From a virus (taxonomy: Duplodnaviria > Caudoviricetes), in IMG/VR virus record IMGVR_UViG_3300005253_000034, positions 1 to 54,311 of that record: a stretch of 54,311 bases of DNA; one strand, 5' to 3'. Made by a program: the position numbers and the translations under genes. A model generated the notes under the pieces. That model was not told the origin of the DNA. It saw nothing but the letters and a program-made list of their open reading frames with translations, and made no database searches. Shown here in pieces: positions 1-8,202 of this stretch (position 1 is the stretch's first letter; each line of letters opens with the position of its first letter).

Positions 1-121
1 CAGTCTCGGATTTCCCAGCCAGCGTCCTCGATTGCACAGGCGAGGCGATGGTAGGTGCGGGTCCCGCCGAAGCAGAGTAGGAAGCCCCCCGGCTTGGTGA
101 TTCGGAGCATTTCCTTGGCCC
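1..121. repeat. 121-bp terminal direct repeat (copy 1), probably an assembly overlap of a circular/circularly permuted genome
   Basis: 1-121 is identical to 54191-54311, and the MTase ORF continues in frame across the join. Confidence 0.95.
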
Positions 122-410
122 AGACCGTAAACCATTGCTGGAACTGAGGATTTCGGGAATAATCATAAGTTCCAGCATCAGCCCCATTACCCCAAGCCGC
201 ACCTTTTCGACCATCGGTTCGAGGCTTACGTTTCGTATCAGCTATTCGATGTTGTTGTAGATAGTCTTTCTTGAAGGTGTCCCAGTCCTTGCCCATAAAG
301 CCGAGGCCATAGGGCGGATCGGTTACGATGGCGGAGATGAAGTTGGATGGCCAAGACGAGACGACCTCAAGATTACCTCCGCAGAAGATAGTGTTTTTTG
401 ATGGCATCAT
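1..410 (-). CDS. N-terminal part of DNA N6-adenine/N4-cytosine methyltransferase (wraps the origin; joins 52930-54311, about 556 aa in total)
   Basis: Manual translation from ATG at 410 gives MMPSKNTIFCGGNLEVVSSWPSNFISAIVTDPPYGLGFMGKDWD...WAKEMLRITKPGG. It has the catalytic DPPY and is in frame with the ORF-track start at 54300 (=110). Confidence 0.9.
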   Translation of the reverse strand, partial: MMPSKNTIFCGGNLEVVSSWPSNFISAIVTDPPYGLGFMGKDWDTFKKDYLQQHRIADTKRKPRTDGRKGAAWGNGADAGTYDYSRNPQFQQWFTVWAKEMLRITKPGGFLLCFGGTRTYHRLACAIEDAGWEIRD

Positions 411-709
411 TGATTCATCCTTTCAGTTATTAGTTCGTAAAGGAGAGTGTCCGGGAACACGAGTGGGGTTAGCTTGAAAGTTAATCGGTCGTTGCCTCGG
501 CAGATGTAGTATTCGTCGGAATAAAAGTTCATCTCGATGGTGTCTCCAAACTCTACACGAGGATGTTCTGAGACATAGAAGAAGAAATAATTCTTGTCCT
601 CCCCAAGGAGTTTCACGACCACGACACGATGAATGTCGTTGTGGTTATAGCTTTCTATGACGATTCCTAATTGTTCCTTGGTGTCGGGATTCTGCTCTGC
701 TGTATTCAT
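407..709 (-). CDS. hypothetical protein (100 aa)
   Basis: ORF with GAAAGGA RBS and its own promoter; stop overlaps the MTase ATG. Confidence 0.7.
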   Translation of the reverse strand: MNTAEQNPDTKEQLGIVIESYNHNDIHRVVVVKLLGEDKNYFFFYVSEHPRVEFGDTIEMNFYSDEYYICRGNDRLTFKLTPLVFPDTLLYELITERMNQ

Positions 710-727
710 TTGGTTCCTTTCAACAGT

Positions 728-756
728 ATTTTAACATACCCTGCGGGGGAAGTCAA
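728..756 (-). promoter_or_regulatory. sigma70-type promoter TTGACT-N17-TAAAAT
   Basis: Consensus match with extended -10 TGn. Confidence 0.7.
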
Positions 757-982
757 GTAGTTTTTCCATAATTGCTGAAATTACATTGTCGATTTCGGAG
801 AAACCAACACAAGTCGGGGATGGTTGTCTATTATATCGCATATTGCATTCGGTTTCATTATGGAGTAACCTTGAATCTCCGATTTTTTCTTGTCGTTCCG
901 ATGTGCTCGAAACTTGTTGGGAAGCTCTTTGTATTCCAAGTTCAAATCCTCCAATCCCGCTAAATAGCGAAAAATACTTCAT
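731..982 (-). pseudogene. internally deleted C5-cytosine DNA methyltransferase remnant
   Basis: Motif I (LFSGIGGFELG) and CVGFSEID are joined directly to a motif-X-like tail NVISAIMEKLL; the catalytic PC motif is absent. Confidence 0.75.
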
Positions 983-1030
983 CTTTAATCCTTTCAGATG
1001 GTATAGGTGTTATAGTAGGAACCCCTCTTT

Positions 1031-1234
1031 TCAGTTTGTAAATTGAGGGATTACAACAAGAGCTATGAAAATCAGCAAAACCACCACAACGACAAAAATG
1101 TTCACAAGCAACGACCCTGAGTTTTCTTCCTTTATTGGCCAGCCACACCGAGGACACGGCTTAATTACTACCTTTTGTGCTGGCTCCCGATTCCGCTGAT
1201 GTTCGGCCAGCATTTGTTCAAAATTCAAATTCAT
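1031..1234 (-). CDS. small membrane protein with CxxC; N-terminus resembles that of the SSB-like protein
   Basis: AAGGAG RBS, CPRCG, C-terminal hydrophobic helix. Confidence 0.7.
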   Translation of the reverse strand: MNLNFEQMLAEHQRNREPAQKVVIKPCPRCGWPIKEENSGSLLVNIFVVVVVLLIFIALVVIPQFTN

Positions 1235-1277
1235 AGGTTTGTCTCCTTATAAGTGTTGTAATCGTTACAATCAGAAT

Positions 1278-1609
1278 CCAGACCGCCAATATCCCAGACC
1301 GCCAGTTGCGGAGCATAGGGAGGGGTTTTGGCGGTGTGGACTGGCGTTTAAGAGTAAATAAACCAGACCGCCTTTATCTCTTTCATAGAGGTCTGCGGTC
1401 ACGATTGTAGGGATTATAAGGGTGTAGGTCGTAGTGGTTATAGGGATTATAATCACGGAAGTCTCCATTCCCACCGCACAATATTGGCGGTGTGGTTTTT
1501 TACAGGAATACCGAGGATTCCTACTGACTTCTTGGCTCGTTCTAAGGTGCGTTGAGAGTAGCCAAGGTGCTTACCTTCCTCGAAAATGAGCTTAGAATCC
1601 ACACCGCCA
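1278..1609. repeat. iteron-like CCA(G/C)ACCGCC(A) repeats; candidate replication origin
   Basis: Copies at 1278, 1294, 1363 and 1599, inverted copies at 1329 and 1485, plus TAGGGATTATAA twice; at the 3' end of the helicase gene. Confidence 0.55.
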
Positions 1610-2550
1610 TCGGACAGGAAAGATTCGAGCCAGTCCCCGGCGTCGGTTTGTTTGCGAGGACGGCCTGATTTTTTTGGGCGAGGAGCCATTAGTTCATCGG
1701 CGGTTAGATGGACCGGTTCCTTTTCAAAGTTGCAGGATGGATAGAAAGATGTTCGATTCTTGAAGGTAACAGGAGTATTTACAAGACGATAAGCGAGACC
1801 TGAACATCGTGCCGCCATATTACCCTTGGCCCAGATCAGGTAGCGGCGATCTTCAGCGTCGGGGTCGTGGAGAACGTACCAGCACATACGGGCGGCATTT
1901 TGTTGACCAACAGAGCCGAGGATGCGTAAGGCTGCGGATGAGTCCTCTTTTTTATTGAAGTGGGTAATTCCAATTACGGTTAGGTGAAAGTCAGCGGCCA
2001 TCTCGCCGAGGGGTCGGAGGAAACTACGGACGGCTATATTGTCGTTAGAGTCGGCTTGTTTACCCGTCATAAAGCCGGTGTAGGGGTCTATGATTACGAG
2101 TAGAGGATTGGGACATTGTTTTATGACCGCAACGAGCATATCGAGGTCGCCTTCATTTTTAGAGAGATTCGTGACTCCAGTGATTCCGGTTTGACCTCCT
2201 TCTAAAGTAACTTTTATGGCCTTGAGGATACAGATTCTCTTGGTATCGGCTCCCATAGCTATTAGTCGAGGCATTATTATATTACCAGGGCTGTCCTCGG
2301 CAGAGAGGATAACCACGTCGCCGGGTTCTCGGGTTGTGCCGGGGGGGTCGTCTATAAAGGGCCGGCCTGTGGTGATTTGGGCAGCCATATAGAGGGTAAG
2401 GGTTGATTTACTGACTCCGCCGAGTCCTGCTATGATAGAAAGCATTCCGAGAGGGAAACGATTAGGCCAGAGCCAATCAACGTGCTCAAGCTCAACCTCG
2501 TGGCCCCAAACAAAAACAGGTTCTTTTTTAACTACTTTAATATTCCCCAT
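1453..2550 (-). CDS. RepA-like (AAA_25) helicase/ATPase
   Basis: Walker A GLGGVSKS, SAED, Walker B LVIIDP, ITHFNK, LGSV motifs. Confidence 0.8.
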   Translation of the reverse strand: MGNIKVVKKEPVFVWGHEVELEHVDWLWPNRFPLGMLSIIAGLGGVSKSTLTLYMAAQITTGRPFIDDPPGTTREPGDVVILSAEDSPGNIIMPRLIAMGADTKRICILKAIKVTLEGGQTGITGVTNLSKNEGDLDMLVAVIKQCPNPLLVIIDPYTGFMTGKQADSNDNIAVRSFLRPLGEMAADFHLTVIGITHFNKKEDSSAALRILGSVGQQNAARMCWYVLHDPDAEDRRYLIWAKGNMAARCSGLAYRLVNTPVTFKNRTSFYPSCNFEKEPVHLTADELMAPRPKKSGRPRKQTDAGDWLESFLSDGGVDSKLIFEEGKHLGYSQRTLERAKKSVGILGIPVKNHTANIVRWEWRLP

Positions 2551-2666
2551 TAGGGGTTCCTAAAAAAAGTAGGGGATGGAAGCGGACACAACCATCCCCC
2601 GAATGGCCTGTGAGCCATTTTGATATGTATGGTAAGAGTCCCTGTCCGCATATTCATCTTTCTCAT
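2550..2666 (-). CDS. putative 38-aa leader peptide coupled (TAATG) to the helicase
   Basis: MRKMNMRTG...FFRNP starts at the predicted TSS and runs through a terminator. Confidence 0.35.
   Translation of the reverse strand: MRKMNMRTGTLTIHIKMAHRPFGGWLCPLPSPTFFRNP
2562..2599 (-). terminator. intrinsic terminator/attenuator in the helicase leader
   Basis: 8-bp stem GGGGATGG/CCATCCCC followed closely by T7. Confidence 0.65.
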
Positions 2667-2673
2667 ATACTGC

Positions 2674-2701
2674 ATTATAGCAGATTGGAAGGATATGTCA
2701 A
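2674..2701 (-). promoter_or_regulatory. promoter TTGACA-N16-TATAAT
   Basis: Perfect hexamers with extended -10. Confidence 0.8.
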
Positions 2702-3027
2702 GGGGTTTTTAATTGGTAGGCAGGACAATCCTCGCAAGTCCCATCCATATAACGAGTGCAGCTTCCTTTCTTTTTACATTCTTTTTTTGGCTTTCGGCAG
2801 CGGGGGCAGGGACGATATGTAAGGTCTCCATCGGATTCAATATCTCTAAACTCCTCTACCCCACTACCACCACAGTTTTCGCAGGGGAGGAGGGCGAGGG
2901 CTTCATCAAGTAATCTTGTTCTCTTGCAAAAATCACAAGGTACAACATTCTTGTCGTGAGGGCATTTAATCATTTCACGGACTTCCTTGATGAGTTGGCG
3001 GAGTTGGATGATTTGGTCTGGGGTCAT
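2698..3027 (-). CDS. Cys-rich (Zn-ribbon-like) hypothetical protein
   Basis: Multiple CxxC motifs; AAGGA RBS; 4-bp overlap with the upstream gene. Confidence 0.65.
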   Translation of the reverse strand: MTPDQIIQLRQLIKEVREMIKCPHDKNVVPCDFCKRTRLLDEALALLPCENCGGSGVEEFRDIESDGDLTYRPCPRCRKPKKECKKKGSCTRYMDGTCEDCPAYQLKTP

Positions 3028-3332
3028 TTTGGTTCCTTTCGGAATTTAAGTTTCTCCTCCGGGAATGTTTTTTTGTTTTTATATTCCCCCAAGATGTCTT
3101 TATGGCATATTGGGCAATCGACGGCGGTTATAAAGCATAAGGAGCAATCTAAACAAAACCAATGCCATCTGTGAAAACATCGGAGCCTATTTTTCTTGAA
3201 CTGGAGACTCCCACAGTTGGGACACTTGTCAACTTTTTTAATTATTCGCTGAACAAGATTTTGGATTCTTGTCCCCGGGCCAAACAGATGTATATCCCCA
3301 GGTAAAAAATTAAATATCCAAGCTATTTTCAT
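3024..3332 (-). CDS. Cys-rich hypothetical protein
   Basis: CPNC, CLDC and CPIC motifs; directly downstream of a promoter. Confidence 0.65.
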   Translation of the reverse strand: MKIAWIFNFLPGDIHLFGPGTRIQNLVQRIIKKVDKCPNCGSLQFKKNRLRCFHRWHWFCLDCSLCFITAVDCPICHKDILGEYKNKKTFPEEKLKFRKEPK

Positions 3333-3359
3333 TTTGCGTCCCCTTCATTTAACAAGTGT

Positions 3360-3388
3360 ATTATAGCAAATTTGCATACCGGTGTCAA
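3360..3388 (-). promoter_or_regulatory. promoter TTGACA-N17-TATAAT
   Basis: Perfect consensus. Confidence 0.85.
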
Positions 3389-3428
3389 GGGAAATTTGGG
3401 GGAATTTGAAAATATTTTCGAGATTATT

Positions 3429-3827
3429 TTATCGGATGGAAACAGAACTCGGCATACCTTATCGGACTTTGTTGGCAACGGGATTCTGGACTGCGTGAAT
3501 TTTGGCTCGGAATCCAAAATGAGTTTTAACAGGTGAGGTCTTTCCACTAACATTATCGGACTCGCCCGGGGGCCGATGGGGGGTCTCCCTCCGCAGGTTG
3601 TTGGCGGTGCAGGAGTTAGCGTTTGGACACTTAGTTATTCAGACTTTCCCTACTTGACTGGACACTTAGTTATTCAGACTATATAATCCGAGTCAAGTGG
3701 GAAATTGAGGATCGGCGGAGTCCTGACGTGCCCTGTGCTGGACGAAGTGATTAGGCTAAGTGCTATTGGTGGTTGGGTTTATGACCTTTTTAGTGATCTC
3801 GATGATTAGGTTTATGACCTGCGGAGG
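3429..3827. repeat. non-coding repeat-rich region (TTATCGGACT boxes, 22-bp direct repeat, inverted repeat)
   Basis: TTATCGGACT at 3459 and 3553; TGGACACTTAGTTATTCAGACT at 3624 and 3659; GGTTTATGACCT at 3776 and 3809. Confidence 0.8.
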
Positions 3828-3940
3828 TAAATAGGGGAGGCCCTCATCTTGTTGGCTGGAGGTGGAGCCGATGAGGACCTCGGTGAAGTGAGTTATTTGA
3901 TTTTTCTTATTGGAAGGACTATAACCACGTCCCATTCATT

Positions 3941-4195
3941 CTACGGCTTATTTATTCTGTCTACAATAATCACCAATCGACCAATAGCAGTATCGTTTCC
4001 GTATTCTCCGTCAAAACCAGTTTGTAGCACCTCTCCATAATTGTCAAAGTCGGATACTATCTCTCTTGCTACATCCAGCAGATTATCCCGCTGCGTCTTT
4101 AGAGTAGTTATCAGTTGACAATCCTGCTCAATAGTCTGTAATAAATCGTTTTCCGTTTGCTTGATTATCCTCTTAATTCTCTGTTCCATTGTCAT
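3941..4195 (-). CDS. hypothetical early protein
   Basis: ORF with GGAGG RBS, in a tandem array of small genes. Confidence 0.65.
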   Translation of the reverse strand: MTMEQRIKRIIKQTENDLLQTIEQDCQLITTLKTQRDNLLDVAREIVSDFDNYGEVLQTGFDGEYGNDTAIGRLVIIVDRINKP

Positions 4196-4198
4196 CTA

Positions 4199-4405
4199 TT
4201 ATCCTCCTACCACATCAAAAGGCTGGTACTTATACTCCGGGGTTTCTATTACGCCACCACCATCATCTTCATAATAGCACGTATCCCCGGCAACAAATTC
4301 CTGGCTGGTACAAACAAACACTCCGTCTTTGTTTCTCTCAAAGTATTGTTGAACCCAACCCGTTGTAATCTTCACAAAATTATCCATTGTTATCCTCCTA
4401 ACCAT
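4199..4405 (-). CDS. hypothetical early protein (probable start MDNF at 4387)
   Basis: ORF; GGAGG RBS before the internal ATG. Confidence 0.6.
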   Translation of the reverse strand: MVRRITMDNFVKITTGWVQQYFERNKDGVFVCTSQEFVAGDTCYYEDDGGGVIETPEYKYQPFDVVGG

Positions 4406-4676
4406 AAACTACATAACCACAATCTGGACATTCATATTGACAAGTCTCAATCTCATCGTGCCCGTTATATAACATCGCTTCACCACGAACCATAGGAATT
4501 TTACATTCCGGACAGTCCCCGCCACAAATACCAATGGTACAATTCTCTACTGATTCATAGGCCTCAAGTCCTTGTTCAATCCATTCCTTGAGGACAGATA
4601 TATCATCCGGCAAGACATTATCATTACCAACCGTCTGGTCGATATACTCCGCCAAATACTCAGCTAATGTTTTCAT
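4398..4676 (-). CDS. hypothetical protein with C-terminal Zn ribbon
   Basis: CPEC...CPDCG; GGAGG RBS. Confidence 0.65.
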   Translation of the reverse strand: MKTLAEYLAEYIDQTVGNDNVLPDDISVLKEWIEQGLEAYESVENCTIGICGGDCPECKIPMVRGEAMLYNGHDEIETCQYECPDCGYVVYG

Positions 4677-4688
4677 TTTAATCCTCCG

Positions 4689-4943
4689 TTAAACTAAAAG
4701 ATTTCTATACACTTCTACCGATCCAATCCAGTTAAATCTAACTCCGTCTCGCAAATCGTTAATAACGTGGTCGATTTGTTTTTGTTGGTTGTGAGGTAAA
4801 TCTTTTAACACTACGGCCAATGAAGATAGTAGTCTTTTGGTTTTTGCATTGTTGGACCGCTTGTCTTTTTTCGTGTTATAATTGGCTATTTGTTCAAAGT
4901 ATCTATCGTTAAAACTCATTTTTTCCCTTTCAGTTAAACTCAT
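4689..4943 (-). CDS. hypothetical protein
   Basis: ORF in the early array. Confidence 0.55.
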   Translation of the reverse strand: MSLTEREKMSFNDRYFEQIANYNTKKDKRSNNAKTKRLLSSLAVVLKDLPHNQQKQIDHVINDLRDGVRFNWIGSVEVYRNLLV

Positions 4944-5235
4944 TCAGTTAAACTCACAAGCTCAGGCCGTCTGGTAGTACCGGACCACTATGCCGGACAT
5001 TGCAAACGACCCTCGCTTTCAAGTTTAATGAGTTTCCCAAATTGGGAGTGATATTTCAATATTCCAGCCGCAGTTAGTTTTGTGTTTCCATCTTATATTA
5101 AGCTCAGTTAGCAGATGACAAACTCTTTCAAACTCTTTTTTGCTTCGTGCTACATATACCACCATATTATCCTCACTTTCTGAAAATTTTAGGTCCTCAC
5201 GTCCGCTGTAAAGGCCAAACGTAAGACAATCAATA

Positions 5236-5547
5236 CTAAACTACTACTGTATCTTCGACAAAACAATCGGCATTTTCACCTGTTCCCTGTAATAGTCTGT
5301 CTCTGATTATTATGCTTAATCCTTTTTGTTTTGTGATTTCCAAGACTGCAAATCTAATCTCGCAATGCTGAAAATCGCCATCGTTGGTAATATGCAATAA
5401 TGCATCACGCAAACAATCTATTTGATGGCGAAATGGTTTCTCCTCATAATCACAATAAAGGTCAAATTTCTTAGTGCATATTGCACCAACAGGCCACCAA
5501 ATTGGTCCTTGTAATTCTCCATAAATCTTAATCTTAATCGTTTTCAT
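5236..5547 (-). CDS. hypothetical protein
   Basis: ORF with GAGGAGG RBS. Confidence 0.65.
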   Translation of the reverse strand: MKTIKIKIYGELQGPIWWPVGAICTKKFDLYCDYEEKPFRHQIDCLRDALLHITNDGDFQHCEIRFAVLEITKQKGLSIIIRDRLLQGTGENADCFVEDTVVV

Positions 5548-5689
5548 AAGTTTTTCCTCCTCGTAGATTCCGCTGCCAGATTTCGCTTAACCTGGGTAGC
5601 TATTTTCTTAGCATCTTTTAATCCGACCGAACACAACAGTTTATCCGATTCCGTCTTAGCCATATTCTCAACATTTTTCTTAGACAGTT

Positions 5690-5908
5690 TCATTCTTCCC
5701 CCTGCAGGCCGCAAGGTAACGCCACAGCCTCCCCGCTTATCGCAATCCCGTTTGGGGGAGGATCATCTACAATATATACGCCCATTCCACAATCTTTACA
5801 TTCGGAATCCCACCAATGGCGATATTTCCGACTAAAAGATTTCATTCTATGGCCTCGAAAATTACAACTTTCAAGTGCCTCTCGTCTTAATCGTTCTATT
5901 TTCTTCAC
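5690..5908 (-). CDS. hypothetical protein
   Basis: GTG start with GAGGAGGT RBS. Confidence 0.65.
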   Translation of the reverse strand: MKKIERLRREALESCNFRGHRMKSFSRKYRHWWDSECKDCGMGVYIVDDPPPNGIAISGEAVALPCGLQGEE

Positions 5909-6042
5909 TTTTTACCTCCTCAACAAAGTGATATATAAGCCCAAAACGCCAAAAACGTAATCACTTGCCAGTTATCGTCAAATAATAATCGTCTCATCTT
6001 TAATCCCCCGACTTGTCTCTTAATAGCCAATACCAAGCAGAC

Positions 6043-6243
6043 TTAATAAGCACAACTATAAATAGTCGGTTGTGCTGTCACGTTGTAGATATAACTCCCG
6101 CAATGCACCAATAAAGCTTGTTTGCCATAAAACTGGTTTTTCATTCCCCGGATACTGCCGGTTGCAGAGAAGCTTGGGAACCTATCTATAGATAACCTTT
6201 TTCCGTCTTTAACTTTCAGATATTTTACTCGTGCCATTTTCAA
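6043..6243 (-). CDS. hypothetical protein
   Basis: GGAGGT RBS; first gene after the promoter. Confidence 0.6.
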   Translation of the reverse strand: MKMARVKYLKVKDGKRLSIDRFPSFSATGSIRGMKNQFYGKQALLVHCGSYIYNVTAQPTIYSCAY

Positions 6244-6281
6244 TACCTCCGAAAAGTGAAAACCTCCGATTCTCTATGTAA

Positions 6282-6310
6282 AGTATAACCTATTCCAGCC
6301 GACAATGCAA
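6282..6310 (-). promoter_or_regulatory. promoter TTGCAT-N17-TATACT
   Basis: Near consensus, AT-rich upstream region. Confidence 0.6.
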
Positions 6311-6434
6311 GTAAAAAATGATAATTATTAGAAAATACCTGTCTTTTTTCACAATATACTGACACAATACCTATTTCCCCCATTCCCGACAAGTCCTATA
6401 ATCGGCATAACCGAAAACCCCCCATAATCAGGAC

Positions 6435-6469
6435 AAAAAATGGCCGGTAAGCGTATTGCCGACCGGCCA
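6435..6469 (-). terminator. intrinsic terminator
   Basis: TGGCCGGT/ACCGGCCA stem plus T6. Confidence 0.7.
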
Positions 6470-6491
6470 GGGAGGAGTAGAAAGGGAATTT

Positions 6492-6815
6492 CTACTTGAA
6501 CATTTTAAGATAATCCCGCCATAACTGATTCGCCTGGCCCTGAGATATACTGCCCTGATCCACAAGCATTCTCAGCCGATTCTTCTTATATATTTTTGGC
6601 GTTGGTGCATCTGCTATCTTCATTTTACTATCCTCCACAATATAATATCTTAACCAGTTCACTATCAGCCCTATAACTTCGTTTTGTTGGATTATTTTTC
6701 TAACAATAACGGAATTACTTTTATTCCATATATCTTCAAAAGTTATAGGGGGTAAACATAGTCTATTGCGTTCCCGATAAAACGCATCAAACTCTTTTTC
6801 GTTTACTTGTCTCAT
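6492..6815 (-). CDS. hypothetical protein, probably leaderless (MRQVNEK...)
   Basis: ATG lies 7 nt below the -10 box of a TTGCAT-N17-TATAGT promoter (6822-6850). Confidence 0.6.
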   Translation of the reverse strand: MRQVNEKEFDAFYRERNRLCLPPITFEDIWNKSNSVIVRKIIQQNEVIGLIVNWLRYYIVEDSKMKIADAPTPKIYKKNRLRMLVDQGSISQGQANQLWRDYLKMFK

Positions 6816-6941
6816 ATATAAACTATACACTATTTAATGGGGAAATGCAAGTAAAAAATAAGAAAACCCAAAAATTTTATTGTCTATCCTTTACTTATAT
6901 GCTACAATGATAATGGAGTTTTTGCCGATACCACGAAAAGG

Positions 6942-7022
6942 TTATCGGACTCTTGGGGGGAAGGGAGAACTATCGGACTCAAAAGATTATCGGACTATAC
7001 CCCCCCGATACTGCGTGAATTT
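6942..7022. repeat. second cluster of TTATCGGACT boxes plus ACTGCGTGAATTT
   Basis: Copies at 6942, 6970 (CTATCGGACT) and 6987; the 13-mer at 7010 also occurs at 3490. Confidence 0.8.
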
Positions 7023-7030
7023 CCACTCGC

Positions 7031-7261
7031 TCAAGTAAGAGGCTTACAGTCCTTAAACTCCCGTTTCACCCACTCGGGGTAGCCCGACTCCATTTCTTGA
7101 GAGATAGTATCCCCCCCAACAAGTTCCTTGAGACCTGCCTCATACTCCTCGTAAAGCATATCGTAGTTTAGGTCGGTAATAGTGGGCCGAAACAAGATGT
7201 AATACCGGTAATCGTGCCGAGTCAATTCCTTTTTTAGTTCCTGCAATTCTTTTAGTGTCAT
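7031..7261 (-). CDS. stand-alone NAD-dependent DNA ligase domain Ia-like protein
   Basis: ELTRHDYRYYILFRPTITDLNYDML matches the LigA Ia pattern H..YY....P.I.D..YD.L. Confidence 0.75.
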   Translation of the reverse strand: MTLKELQELKKELTRHDYRYYILFRPTITDLNYDMLYEEYEAGLKELVGGDTISQEMESGYPEWVKREFKDCKPLT

Positions 7262-7293
7262 CTTAAACCCCTTCCTGCGGAGGTAATCTGTTG

Positions 7294-8202
7294 CTAAAGG
7301 ATTGGATAACTTCGGATTTCGATTTTGGGAGATACATATTCCCGGCCTCCCACGAATTGCTCATAAAAAGGCCACACTACTATTTTGGCGGTCATAAATG
7401 CTCTTGCGGGATAACACCCATTGGATTCATAAGTACCTCTCCCAATAGAATGACTATCAAGCCAACAGCCTGGGTTAAGAGCAAACCGATGTTTCCATAG
7501 CAAACCGGTTGGCATTTTCCCTCGAGAAGGTATCCACGCCAAAGGTTGCGGGGGTAGGATACAGAAAGTATGAGTGTGCCCACTAATACAAACATCTGCT
7601 TGGCCCCACTCATCCAGCATAGCCTTTAGTTTCATAGGCTCGGCCCCAGCACTTCGGCCTCCCCCATAACCGTGACGAGCATTGATAATAATGAATGAGC
7701 CGCTTCCGTATCCCCGATTAAATCTAAATCGCAATAATACCTCATCGGACAAATCAGGGATGCCAAGTTTCTCACATAATGCCGTCTGCACGTCCTGATT
7801 AACCCTTTTGCGAATAGTTTTCTCGTGGTTCCCTTCAAGTGCTCCTATAATCAAATGTTTAATTGGGGAAAGGATTTCCGCTGCCCTCTTAATCTCCTGT
7901 GTCGTCATATTGGACAACTTATCCTTTATATCTGCCACTTTCCCGGCCAAAAGCCAATCCGCCACGTCTGAGAAATCGAACCTTTTTATATCCTTTGGAT
8001 TAACGGCATTTAAGACATCCCCGCCAAGCAAAACTCGGACGTGCCTCCCCTTCATTGCATCCCGTTTCACGATTTCGGCCACTTCCTTTTTCAATGCCGA
8101 CTCATTGCAATTATGTTTCCCGATATGAATATCCCATAGTGGGAAAATCTCCACTCTATCCCCACGCCCATCGCATCTAATCTCAACATCTAATAGTTTC
8201 AT
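7294..8202 (-). CDS. calcineurin-like metallophosphoesterase
   Basis: DIHIG, GGD, GNHE, HG and GHTH motifs. Confidence 0.85.
   Translation of the reverse strand: MKLLDVEIRCDGRGDRVEIFPLWDIHIGKHNCNESALKKEVAEIVKRDAMKGRHVRVLLGGDVLNAVNPKDIKRFDFSDVADWLLAGKVADIKDKLSNMTTQEIKRAAEILSPIKHLIIGALEGNHEKTIRKRVNQDVQTALCEKLGIPDLSDEVLLRFRFNRGYGSGSFIIINARHGYGGGRSAGAEPMKLKAMLDEWGQADVCISGHTHTFCILPPQPLAWIPSRGKMPTGLLWKHRFALNPGCWLDSHSIGRGTYESNGCYPARAFMTAKIVVWPFYEQFVGGREYVSPKIEIRSYPIL

Noticed and set aside
1-121. Biological terminal repeat
   Set aside because: It falls in the middle of the MTase gene and its length is typical of an assembler k-mer overlap; it indicates circularity, not physical ends
3329-3553. 74-aa ORF
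   Set aside because: It overlaps a perfect promoter and the repeat cluster and has no RBS; probably non-coding
3624-3680. Mini CRISPR array
   Set aside because: Only two 22-bp repeats with a 13-bp gap, and no cas operon
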